A stretch of 64,000 nt of DNA from Thermodesulfobacteriota bacterium (GTDB lineage: Bacteria > Desulfobacterota_D > UBA1144 > Nemesobacterales > UBA2774), in assembly GCA_965216785.1 (NCBI GenBank), contig OZ244197.1:2688001-2752000 (forward strand), read 5' to 3'. Positions 1-8,704 of the stretch are shown piece by piece. The notes beneath the pieces are model-generated. The model did no database searches and was not told the DNA's origin. It saw only the letters and a list, made by a program, of their open reading frames with translations. The stretch's first letter is position 1. Each line of letters starts with the position of its first letter. The translations under genes and the position numbers were made by a program.

Positions 1-33
1 CTAATCAGTATAAATAAACCATGATAGCAACAT

Positions 34-116
34 AAACTAGAGCCAATCACACTTACATTGTAATAACAATATCGGAAATTTATATCCCTTCTTTTCTAGA
101 ATCCGTAAATCTTAAA
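34..116 (+). repeat. Copy 1 of dispersed repeat (22-bp core AAACTAGAGCCAATCACACTTA at 34-55 plus about 60 bp degenerate extension)
   Basis: Core is identical at 2874 and 4866. The extension (ACAATA..ATTTATA..CCTTCTT..TAG) aligns with 4753-4824 and 4878-4950. Confidence 0.85.
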
Positions 117-271
117 TACGTAGAAAGTAATAACATCTTTAATATTTCCTTGTTCTTGCCCACCGGAAACACCATGTCTTATGTAAGGTATTATGACAAC
201 CACATACGAACATAAATGTAAAGAGATTGAAAAATGTGAATGAAATTTAGAGTTTACGCGCACTACCCAAT

Positions 272-286
272 TGGCATGCTATATGC
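272..286 (+). promoter_or_regulatory. Putative sigma54 (-24/-12) promoter
   Basis: TGGCATGCTATATGC fits GG-N10-GC, about 105 bp upstream of the ATG at 391. Confidence 0.55.
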
Positions 287-390
287 AGCCAACAATATTG
301 GCGGTAAGAAATCTGAACAATGTTTTTTTAATTTAAATATGAGCAATGTATTGTAGCTGTGGATGATTGTTCAACGAGAGGTTTTGTATT

Positions 391-957
391 ATGAACGAGA
401 AAACAAAAAAAACAGATTGGAAACAGAAAGTTATCCACGAATTTCTAGAATACTGGATAAATGTCATTTATTTAGCTCTTTTTTTCGGTGTATTTATATC
501 GTACCGAAGATTAATATTGGCCCAGTATCAGATCAGCTACATTGAGTACGGAGTTAGTATAATCGAAGCGCTGGTATTAGCCAAAATCATAATGATAGGA
601 ACTGTTTTGAGAATAGGCCAAAGGTTTCAAGAAATGCCTTTGATTATTCCAACAATATTCAGGTCGTTTATTTTTAGCATTTGGGTTGCTATCTATAAGG
701 TGCTTGAGCATACAGTTGTGGGGCTTGTGCATGGGAAAGGTCTGACGGGTGGGATCAATGAGCTTATAGGACGGGGCGGCAATGAATTGGTTGCGGGGTG
801 CCTTGTCATATTTTTCGCTTTTATCCCATTCTTTGCAGTCAAAGAATTAGGGAGGGTGATGGGTGAGGGTAAATTAGCTGAACTGTTTTTACGAAGAAGA
901 GCCGGTAAGGAGTCCAATTTCGATACAGCAACTTATTCTCACACTGACAAAGGATGA
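391..957 (+). CDS. Hypothetical integral membrane protein (about 4 TM helices)
   Basis: ORF 367-957; ATG at 391 preferred over the TTG. Four hydrophobic segments and no recognised catalytic motif. Confidence 0.7.
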   Translation: MNEKTKKTDWKQKVIHEFLEYWINVIYLALFFGVFISYRRLILAQYQISYIEYGVSIIEALVLAKIIMIGTVLRIGQRFQEMPLIIPTIFRSFIFSIWVAIYKVLEHTVVGLVHGKGLTGGINELIGRGGNELVAGCLVIFFAFIPFFAVKELGRVMGEGKLAELFLRRRAGKESNFDTATYSHTDKG

Positions 958-1050
958 GAAAACTGTTGACGAAGGTATTGAAAGTAATGATTCAATTATG
1001 AGTGAAAAGTTTGAAAATACCACCATATCCTACATAGGAGGAAGATAATC

Positions 1051-2199
1051 ATGGCTAAAACAAAGAAGGCAAAGACGGTACCCCTCAATTGGAACGAGGT
1101 GTACTACACCAATTGTCCCTTGGTGTCTGCCAGCAATGTCGATCAGGAGCTGGGTTGGACCAAGGAGGAGTACAAGAAGATTGGTGTCCAGTACGCGTAT
1201 TTCCGCTCGCGCCGCGAGAACAACTGGTACCCGCACTACGTCCACAACCTCGACAACCTCATCCGCTTCGGCGGTCTGTTCCCCCCCATCCACGTTCATG
1301 CGGACATCCGCAGAACCAGGCTACTGGGGGCGACTCATGCTCCACGCGAAGGTGGCTGTATGATGGTGCGGACTCGGGACGACATCTACCGGATGATCGA
1401 CCTCAAGGGCAGAAAGATTGGTCTCACCAAGAGCCTAAACACCATCAAGAACGACTGGTGGCGCATCCAGGAGGAACAAGGTATAGAGCTGATGCTCCGA
1501 ATGAACGGCATGAGCCGTGACGATGTGGAGATCGTGGAGTTCCCCTACCCGGATGACTGGTACGAAAACCCTGAGATGTTAGAGCCCATCGAGAACCCAT
1601 CCGAATTACAGCTCAAGCGGGACCACAAGCATGACTTGGCCTTCCGTCCCCTGGAAACGGCGTTATTGGAGGGAGTCGTAGATGCGATTTATACTCAAAG
1701 TAAGGTCTTCCAACATCTTCAGGAGGCGACGGGCAAACTCAAGGCCATTGAGGACCTGTCCAGGTATCCGGACTGGACTCTGCAGGTGGCCAACATTCCC
1801 GCCGTCATCACCTGCACTGACGAGATGGCCGAGAAGCACCCCGAGCTCGCCGTTACTTTCATGAAAGGTATGATTAAGGTGGGGCGATGGTCCAATGAGC
1901 ACAAGCACGCAACTGCGGCGATCCTGAATAGGCAGACGTACTACTTGGACGTCGAGGATACGTATAGGGGCATAAAGGACATAGACATGGTGCCCAACCT
2001 GTCGCCCCAGAACCTGGCAGCCATTGGAATCGGAAAAGACTTCATGCTTAGCCACGGCTACATCAAGAACGACTTTGATGTGCATGAATGGGCTGCACCG
2101 GAGTTTCTCGAAACTGCAGCGAAGGAGCTGCTAGAGGAACGCTGGAAAAAAGTAACCATGGAAAAGCTGCCCGAGATGTCTACGTTACGGCTCGGGTAG
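1051..2199 (+). CDS. DszB-like desulfinase / SsuA-THI5 fold (type II periplasmic-binding-protein fold) protein
   Basis: YTNCP, H-x9-RFGG-x2-PP, RTRLLG and DLKGRKIG match DszB YSNCP, HFTYDQPAYTRFGGEIPP, RTRLLG and DLAGRRIG as I recall them. No signal peptide. Strong SD AGGAGG. Confidence 0.75.
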   Translation: MAKTKKAKTVPLNWNEVYYTNCPLVSASNVDQELGWTKEEYKKIGVQYAYFRSRRENNWYPHYVHNLDNLIRFGGLFPPIHVHADIRRTRLLGATHAPREGGCMMVRTRDDIYRMIDLKGRKIGLTKSLNTIKNDWWRIQEEQGIELMLRMNGMSRDDVEIVEFPYPDDWYENPEMLEPIENPSELQLKRDHKHDLAFRPLETALLEGVVDAIYTQSKVFQHLQEATGKLKAIEDLSRYPDWTLQVANIPAVITCTDEMAEKHPELAVTFMKGMIKVGRWSNEHKHATAAILNRQTYYLDVEDTYRGIKDIDMVPNLSPQNLAAIGIGKDFMLSHGYIKNDFDVHEWAAPEFLETAAKELLEERWKKVTMEKLPEMSTLRLG

Positions 2200-2227
2200 T
2201 AATAGTTTATAGAAACAGGAGGATATA

Positions 2228-2635
2228 ATGCCCAAGACAGCTATGGATCTAATCACAGAAGCCGGGGCTCAGATTGAGAACCTATCACCTATGGATGCCT
2301 CGAACGAGATCGCCTCAGGAAATATGATCGTGGTCGATGTCCGCGAACCGATGGAATGGGAGCAGCACATCGAGGGTGCGTTCCAGATACCGAGGGGATT
2401 GCTTGAGTTCGTTGCGGACCCTGCATGCGCGCCAATCCTGCCGCCGAGTCTGAAGTTCGATCTGGATCCGACCCGCCGGGTTATCGTATACTGCAACACG
2501 GGAGGACGTGGTGTACTCGCTGCGCTTACGCTGAAGACAATGGGCTTCGAGCATGTCGCCAATCTCGAAGGTGGGTTCATTGCCTGGAAGGAAGCCGGTC
2601 TGCCAGTCGCCGAGCACCATGCGGCTTTGTTATAG
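2228..2635 (+). CDS. Single-domain rhodanese (sulfurtransferase)
   Basis: VDVREP, HIEGA, active-site loop CNTGGR and LEGGFIAW motifs. Confidence 0.9.
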   Translation: MPKTAMDLITEAGAQIENLSPMDASNEIASGNMIVVDVREPMEWEQHIEGAFQIPRGLLEFVADPACAPILPPSLKFDLDPTRRVIVYCNTGGRGVLAALTLKTMGFEHVANLEGGFIAWKEAGLPVAEHHAALL

Positions 2636-2866
2636 GTTTCCAATAGAGTGGGATTGAGTAGTTGTACTGATCTTCTGGTGAGCTTCTTTACGCTTCGAAT
2701 TTAGATTTTTTAAAATATGAACGGGGCTGAGAACGTGAGTAACTGTCAGTTAAGCACCCGGAAACCAGTCCACCTTTAGAGTAAGAATTTTGCACTTTGT
2801 TCTCTAATGAATTGCTCGATGCTCTTTTTTTATACTAGCTGCACGGATAAACATTCAACAATTCCG

Positions 2867-2897
2867 GCAACTTAAACTAGAGCCAATCACACTTACA
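2867..2897 (+). repeat. Copy 2 of dispersed repeat (core only)
   Basis: GCAACTTAAACTAGAGCCAATCACACTTACA matches 27-57 at 30 of 31 positions. Confidence 0.9.
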
Positions 2898-2991
2898 CTC
2901 GACAAGAGTCACTTTTTTTGCCAGCATAAGAAAATTTAGAACACTAAATTAGCTCATGTATACTCATAATTAAAATAAACAGGAGGAATCC

Positions 2992-4596
2992 ATGAAACAA
3001 TTAGCTACGGCATTTTTATTCATTACAATCATGCTAACGTCGGTCTCTGCCGCTTCAGAGGAGAACAATACAAACGACAAAGATTTTTTGAAAGACTATT
3101 CTATGTCTAAAAAGCATAGCCATCAGGGTTACGAACATTGGTCATATGAGGATAGCGTTGATATCGAAGAATTAAGGAAAAAGAAAGGGAAAATTTACTC
3201 AAATGCGGATGAAATTCGCGCAGTACTCTCAGGTGGTGTGAAAATAAATCCTGAGACCGGTGAGGAGCTTTGGAAAGAAGGGCTAATGTTCGAAGGCATA
3301 GAGCCTATGCCACATATGGTCTCCGCCGCCAACTGGTTCCCTCGCACAGAAGAAGTTCAACCTAACGAAATGCGGATTACCTTTATGGGGACATCACCTT
3401 TGATACGTCCGGGGCAAATGAATACCTCAGTGTATGTTGAATTAGGTAATGGCTCAAGCTTTGTTTTTGATATAGGCGAAGGTTCTGTAGCCAACTATAT
3501 CGCTGCTGGTGTAGCGCTGAATGAATTGGACAAAATTTTTATCACACACCTCCATGTTGATCATTTTGGTTCACTGCCGTACGTATATGAGTTTGGCGGC
3601 TGGAATGGCCGCTGGGAAAAACCAATGACTGTTTACGGCCCGTCAGGAGCCACTCCTGAGTATGGGACGAAAGCCATGGTTGAAGGAATGCTAAATATGT
3701 TGAAATGGCACACAGACGCGTTTGATGTGTTCCCCGCTGGCAATGACATTGATGTCGTTGAGTTTGACTTCAATGATGACGGGGGTGTAATTTACGACGA
3801 AGACAATGTAAAAATAATTCATTGGCGTCGAAGCCATGCAAAAGATGGGGCTTCTGGTTATCGTCTCGATTGGAAAATCAATGATAAGGAATCGTTATGT
3901 TTCGTCTGGACAGGCGATGGACGCCCAAATGAGTTAGATATAAAATATGCAAAGGGATGTGATGTGTATGTAACAGAGCTTCAAACTGAGACATTTGGTG
4001 TATCTTCCATCGTACAGGGTGTACCGCCTTTCTTGGCAAGATATACAGTTGATACACATCACACACCTGCTTATGCAGCAGGCTACTTAGCATCCAAGAT
4101 CGAACCTAGGATACTAATGACAACTCATATGTCCTTTGATCCTTATTTAAACGAGGAAACAGTTGCGGAGATTAGAGAGCATTGGCAAGGACCATACCAC
4201 TTCGGTGCGCCTGACGGGATTGTCGTCAATGTAACACCGGATAAAATATGGGTTCGAGAAGGTATATTACCCGACTTTCCCAACACAAGAGCTCCTCAGT
4301 TTGATATGAGAGATGGATCGGACTTCCGTGTACCGATGCCAAAAAAGCAGCGCGTTGATATTCAGCAGCAGGAAATACGTGATCTCGAGATTGATCCGAA
4401 ACTTTACTATCCGGAAGGTTATCATCCTGAGTTAATGCCTGAATGGCCGGTAGAACGTGATATTGTAATCCCTGCACAAAATGTCCCTGAGTCAATGAAA
4501 CAAGGCATGGGAGCAAAACAAGAGTATATGGACAAGGCACGTAAGACACATGGATTACCCCCTAAATCCGTAACGCGACCATCAAATGACCAATAA
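2992..4596 (+). CDS. Secreted MBL-fold metallo-hydrolase, RNase Z/AtsA arylsulfatase-like (GntH-like) family
   Basis: Sec signal peptide, ITFMGTS, FDIGEG, THLHVDH metal motif, TGDG and HT motifs. Confidence 0.8.
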   Translation: MKQLATAFLFITIMLTSVSAASEENNTNDKDFLKDYSMSKKHSHQGYEHWSYEDSVDIEELRKKKGKIYSNADEIRAVLSGGVKINPETGEELWKEGLMFEGIEPMPHMVSAANWFPRTEEVQPNEMRITFMGTSPLIRPGQMNTSVYVELGNGSSFVFDIGEGSVANYIAAGVALNELDKIFITHLHVDHFGSLPYVYEFGGWNGRWEKPMTVYGPSGATPEYGTKAMVEGMLNMLKWHTDAFDVFPAGNDIDVVEFDFNDDGGVIYDEDNVKIIHWRRSHAKDGASGYRLDWKINDKESLCFVWTGDGRPNELDIKYAKGCDVYVTELQTETFGVSSIVQGVPPFLARYTVDTHHTPAYAAGYLASKIEPRILMTTHMSFDPYLNEETVAEIREHWQGPYHFGAPDGIVVNVTPDKIWVREGILPDFPNTRAPQFDMRDGSDFRVPMPKKQRVDIQQQEIRDLEIDPKLYYPEGYHPELMPEWPVERDIVIPAQNVPESMKQGMGAKQEYMDKARKTHGLPPKSVTRPSNDQ

Positions 4597-4670
4597 CGCA
4601 TGAAAAAAAGAATGCCGTTTTAAGTGCTGGCACTTGTGCGGCCATGATATAAAACAGTTTCTAATTCCAT

Positions 4671-4698
4671 AAAAGGGGAGCTTCGACTCCCCTTTTTT
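4671..4698 (+). terminator. Intrinsic terminator
   Basis: AAAAGGGGAG-CTTCGA-CTCCCCTTTTTT downstream of the hydrolase. Confidence 0.85.
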
Positions 4699-4752
4699 AT
4701 TGCCAGAAAACATAATAATTGTAAATAATTACATCACCCAGATTAAGTCCAC

Positions 4753-4950
4753 ATCACGCTTACGTTATGTCCACAATACCACTTATTTATACACCTTCTT
4801 AACTAGCAATAAGAACACATAAAAGCACAGAAGTGCATCGAAATAATCAACAATTACAGCCAGTGAAACTAGAGCCAATCACACTTAGGTTATGTTCACA
4901 AAACCACTCATTTTTACCCCTTCTTTTGTAGTATTCAGTACACATTAAAG
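4753..4950 (+). repeat. Two tandem degenerate copies (125-bp period) of the dispersed repeat; intact 22-bp core at 4866-4887
   Basis: ATCACGCTTACGTTATGTCCACAATACCACTTATTTATACACCTTCTT (4753) versus ATCACACTTAGGTTATGTTCACAAAACCACTCATTTTTACCCCTTCTT (4878). Confidence 0.85.
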
Positions 4951-5058
4951 ACCGAATTAAAACTGGTATTAAGTATCCACTCTAGCAAATGAATGCATCC
5001 ATTTTAAGCCTTTTATAAACTCAAGTTTATGTAGGTGAATCTATAAGAGCGATAAATT

Positions 5059-5961
5059 ATGAAATCAAAGTTCCATTCAGGTGAAATAGCCGTTCAGACC
5101 AAGGCCGGAGTCCAAGATATCGCGCAAAGGGTCTCTAGAGTAATTGGTACAACCTTACCGCGTAATGCCCAATATTTCCTGGAGATGCAGAGAATGGCAA
5201 TCATCGGATCATTGGATGATAGCGGCAATGTTCAGGCTAGGGTTTTAGTAGGCAATCCAGGGTTCATGGAGGCTTTAGATGAGAAGACTATTCGTATTGA
5301 GGCCGACCCGAGCAGTGGTGATAATTTATTTGAAAACCTTAAGAACAAAAATGAAATTGGCCTGTTAGCGATCGAGCTTGCCGCAAGGCTCCGGCTAAAA
5401 GTAAAAGGCAAGGCTAGATTGGAAGATAGCAGCATCTTTATAACACTCGAGCGAGCCTATGCTCAATGTCCTAAGTACATACAAGCACGCGAAGCAGACT
5501 CGGCGCCTCCTAAGCCGCGATCAGAACAGAGCGTCCAACATTTTGATAGCTTAAGCGACGATCTCAAGAATTTCTTAGCGGCGTCCGATACGTTTTTTAT
5601 AGCCTCTTATCACGAGGATACCGGAATAGACGTTTCACACAGGGGAGGCAGCCCCGGCTTTATCAAAGTTTTGAACAATAAAAAGATAGTCTTCCCCGAC
5701 TACCCAGGTAACAGTATGTTCAACACCTTGGGAAACATTTCCGTAAACCCTGGAGCAAGTCTATTGTTCATAGACTTTAATAACGGGAGTACCGTAAAAC
5801 TTAGTGGAGAGGCGAAAATTATTTGGGACGATGAGCGGGTTTCGGCATTTGAGGGGGCTGAACGCATAATCGAATACGATATAAGCGCTGTTGCGCTTAA
5901 CCGGGGCGCAGTGCCGCTAAATTGGCAATTCCTTGAGTATTCCCCATTTAATCCACTCTAG
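5059..5961 (+). CDS. Pyridoxamine 5'-phosphate oxidase-like FMN-binding protein (tandem split-barrel domains)
   Basis: FHSGE..VQ N-terminus, QCPKYIQAR, DTFFIAS, DVSHRGG.PGF and DYPGNSMFNTLGN motifs. Confidence 0.85.
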   Translation: MKSKFHSGEIAVQTKAGVQDIAQRVSRVIGTTLPRNAQYFLEMQRMAIIGSLDDSGNVQARVLVGNPGFMEALDEKTIRIEADPSSGDNLFENLKNKNEIGLLAIELAARLRLKVKGKARLEDSSIFITLERAYAQCPKYIQAREADSAPPKPRSEQSVQHFDSLSDDLKNFLAASDTFFIASYHEDTGIDVSHRGGSPGFIKVLNNKKIVFPDYPGNSMFNTLGNISVNPGASLLFIDFNNGSTVKLSGEAKIIWDDERVSAFEGAERIIEYDISAVALNRGAVPLNWQFLEYSPFNPL

Positions 5962-6057
5962 ATTTGCGGCTGTTCTGCATAAACGGACGATTCTTATATT
6001 TGCTATCACAATACGCCCTACTACTTTTATATATTGGGATATGTTATTTTAATATTT

Positions 6058-7803
6058 ATGGCGCGTTTACTATCCGTAAATGTATCGCTTCCAAAGGAGA
6101 TAACCCACAAAGGGAAGAAGATTACCACCGGCATATTTAAAGAACCCGTAGAAGGACGCGTCAAAGTTAATAAACTGAACCTTGAGGGTGACGGGCAGGC
6201 TGATTTGATAGGGCACGGGGGTACTTTTAGAGCCATCAATGTCTATTCATATGACAACTATGCTTTGTGGGCAGAGGATTTAAATAGAGACGACTTCAAG
6301 TTTGGGCAATTCGGTGAAAATTTCACTGTAGAAGGTATGTCCGACTACGAGATCCACGTCGGTGATAGATTCAAAATAGGGAGCGCGCATTTTGAAGTGA
6401 CTCAGCCTCGAGTCCCTTGTTATAAACTGGCGATCAAGATGGGAGAAGAGGGTTTTTACAACAAAATCCTTTCAAGCGGGCGGCTCGGTTTTTATTTCAG
6501 AGTTATAGAAGAAGGAGAAGTCGGGGCTGACGATGTCATTGAAAAAGTGTATGCAGACCCTACAGCAATGACTATAGATGAAGTCAACAGTTTGATGTAC
6601 TTCGATAAGGATAACTATGAGGGGTTTGAAAAGGCCCTTAAAATAAAAGCGCTCTCGCCCGGTTGGAAAACCACTTTTGAGGACCGTCTTGCAAAGGCGG
6701 AGTTGTCGGAGAGAACCAAAGACAAATACATGACGTTGACTGTCAGCAAAAAAGTACCTGAAAGTAAAACTATTACATCTTTCTATTTAGTTCCGGACGA
6801 AGGGCAGCCCTTACCCTCTTTTATGCCCGGGCAGTTCTTACCTTTGAAGCTCGATATACCGGGGCAGTTTAAGCCCGTTTTCAGGACCTACTCAATCTCA
6901 GACAGCCCGCACAAGGATTACTATAGGCTGACAATCAAAAGAGAGCCGCCCCCGCCTGACCGTCCGGACCTATACCCGGGTGTCTCTTCCAATTACTTCC
7001 ATGATCAGGTAGAACCCGGAACGAACTTACTTGCCAAAGCGCCGAGAGGTAAATTCTACCTAGACACTAATATTGATAATCCGGTGGTTTTACTGAGCGC
7101 GGGTGTCGGTCTAACTCCGCTTGTCAGCATGCTTAACTCGATCATAGATTGCGGATCCAAACGCCAAGTATGGTTTATCCACGGAGCAAGAAACAGTAAC
7201 GAACACGCCATGGGTGAGCATATTCGTAAAGTAGCTGAGGAAAATGACAACGTCCACATTCACGTAGCTTACAGCAAGCCGCTAAAAGACAATATCGAGG
7301 GCCGAGACTATGACAGTAAAGGGCATGTGGACTTAGAGCTTTTAAAGAGAGTGCTTCCCGGAAACGAAGCTGAATTTTATCTTTGCGGACCTCCTCTGTT
7401 CATGAAATCGCTTTTTAATGGACTCCTTGAATGGAAAGTCCCGGAATATTGTATTAACTATGAGTTTTTCGGCCCCGCCTCACTACTTAATGATAGAGAA
7501 AAAGTCTCTACTCCCAAGCGGGCAGCGGAGGCAATGGACTGCTCGAGTGAGATTGAGGTGGATTTTTCTGCGTCAGGTATTAAATCTAACTGGAACCCCT
7601 CATTTGAAAGCATATTGGATCTGGCGGAAGCAAACGGATTAAGCCCTGACTATAGCTGCCGCTCGGGGATTTGTCATACATGCATGTGCAGAATGCAAAG
7701 CGGGGAAGTGGAATATGTTGAGGAGCCACTCGACCAGCCGGAAGAAGGCTGCGTGTTAATCTGTGTAGCCAGACCTAAGAGTAATGTTGTGATTGATATT
7801 TAA
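6058..7803 (+). CDS. MOSC (YiiM-like) + 3-alpha + FAD/NAD-binding reductase + 2Fe-2S ferredoxin fusion
   Basis: GDGQAD..HGG, FGENFT, QPRVPCYK (MOSC); RTYSIS, AGVGLTP, YLCGP (FNR-like); CRSGICHTC...C (2Fe-2S). Start moved to ATG 6058. Confidence 0.9.
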   Translation: MARLLSVNVSLPKEITHKGKKITTGIFKEPVEGRVKVNKLNLEGDGQADLIGHGGTFRAINVYSYDNYALWAEDLNRDDFKFGQFGENFTVEGMSDYEIHVGDRFKIGSAHFEVTQPRVPCYKLAIKMGEEGFYNKILSSGRLGFYFRVIEEGEVGADDVIEKVYADPTAMTIDEVNSLMYFDKDNYEGFEKALKIKALSPGWKTTFEDRLAKAELSERTKDKYMTLTVSKKVPESKTITSFYLVPDEGQPLPSFMPGQFLPLKLDIPGQFKPVFRTYSISDSPHKDYYRLTIKREPPPPDRPDLYPGVSSNYFHDQVEPGTNLLAKAPRGKFYLDTNIDNPVVLLSAGVGLTPLVSMLNSIIDCGSKRQVWFIHGARNSNEHAMGEHIRKVAEENDNVHIHVAYSKPLKDNIEGRDYDSKGHVDLELLKRVLPGNEAEFYLCGPPLFMKSLFNGLLEWKVPEYCINYEFFGPASLLNDREKVSTPKRAAEAMDCSSEIEVDFSASGIKSNWNPSFESILDLAEANGLSPDYSCRSGICHTCMCRMQSGEVEYVEEPLDQPEEGCVLICVARPKSNVVIDI

Positions 7804-7908
7804 TACGCACACAAATCTTAAAACACTATCCCAAGAAAATAACGACTCTGCGCCTAGATGTACTGCTCCCCAATAGTGCAATGATAATTAATTACCGGAT
7901 AAATGTGA

Positions 7909-8664
7909 TTAAATGGAAAAGTTCAAGCCTAATATTACATTTGTGATCTCGGGATCGTTTATTCCGAGCTCAAGCCCCCATTCAATTGCGATACCAGAAA
8001 TCGGCGCATAGCCGGCGGAGGTCCTTATAATAGCGGGGTATTCGTTATCAGGCGTGTTTAAATCTCCTGAGAGTTCTAAACTGTATATAATTTCTTCAAT
8101 AAACAAAGGCATCTCCATCTCGAGCCCGTAAGTGAAATTATGTTCAAAGCGCTGCTCTGAAATCTGATCGTTTAGAGTGATATATCCGATGCTGGCCTGA
8201 AGAGACATAACGGACAAATGTTTTCTTAAACCGAGTACATGCTCAAGCTCATGGATTTGAGAAACCGCTCCCTCATTACTATAATCTATGGGAACCAGAG
8301 CCGAAGTTTCAGCTACAATCCCCGGCAGATGAGCACCTTCAGCCAGAATAACTAATTCTGCGGATAATCCTGTATCTCCGAAACCAAACCCCGAAACCGC
8401 GTATAATGGGTCAATGGGAAGAAACGGGGAATCAACCTCGGGTTCAATTAAACTGTTTACACTATATTTAAGAGACCACGTGGTTTGATAACTGCTGCTG
8501 TGGCTATTGACTGTACTCTCATTTCCTATACTCAGTCCGGGCTCAATATTCCCGTAAAACGTCCCACCCTCGGAAGCATCGGCGTACAGTATATGGAAAT
8601 TTAGACATAATACCGTAACTACAAGAAAAACTGTTTTAGCGATGATCATCCCGGTAAGGCTCAT
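7909..8664 (-). CDS. Hypothetical exported protein, probable outer-membrane beta-barrel
   Basis: Signal peptide, alternating amphipathic beta-strand pattern and C-terminal LGLNFSI. Last gene of the DUF4331-TPR operon. Confidence 0.5.
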   Translation of the reverse strand: MSLTGMIIAKTVFLVVTVLCLNFHILYADASEGGTFYGNIEPGLSIGNESTVNSHSSSYQTTWSLKYSVNSLIEPEVDSPFLPIDPLYAVSGFGFGDTGLSAELVILAEGAHLPGIVAETSALVPIDYSNEGAVSQIHELEHVLGLRKHLSVMSLQASIGYITLNDQISEQRFEHNFTYGLEMEMPLFIEEIIYSLELSGDLNTPDNEYPAIIRTSAGYAPISGIAIEWGLELGINDPEITNVILGLNFSI

Positions 8665-8704
8665 AGTATTCCCCCTTGTTATGCTTTAAGGCGCAGACGG
8701 AGTT

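Noticed and set aside
174-210. dif/pdif-like site (TTATGTAA-GGTA-TTATGACAACC) and TTATGT.CACA half-sites at 4765 and 4890
   Set aside because: Only a partial XerD-like arm matches; the XerC arm and 6-bp spacer geometry do not fit.
406-412. A-rich run near the start of the membrane protein gene as a frameshift joining it to ORF 363-545
   Set aside because: The 391-957 frame is intact and the overlapping 60-aa ORF has no recognisable features.
34-4950. 22-bp repeat as a CRISPR array or classical integron attC array
   Set aside because: Copies are 2-2.8 kb apart with whole genes between them and there are no cas genes. No RYYYAAC...GTTRRRY palindromic attC structure could be built, and no intI is in the window.
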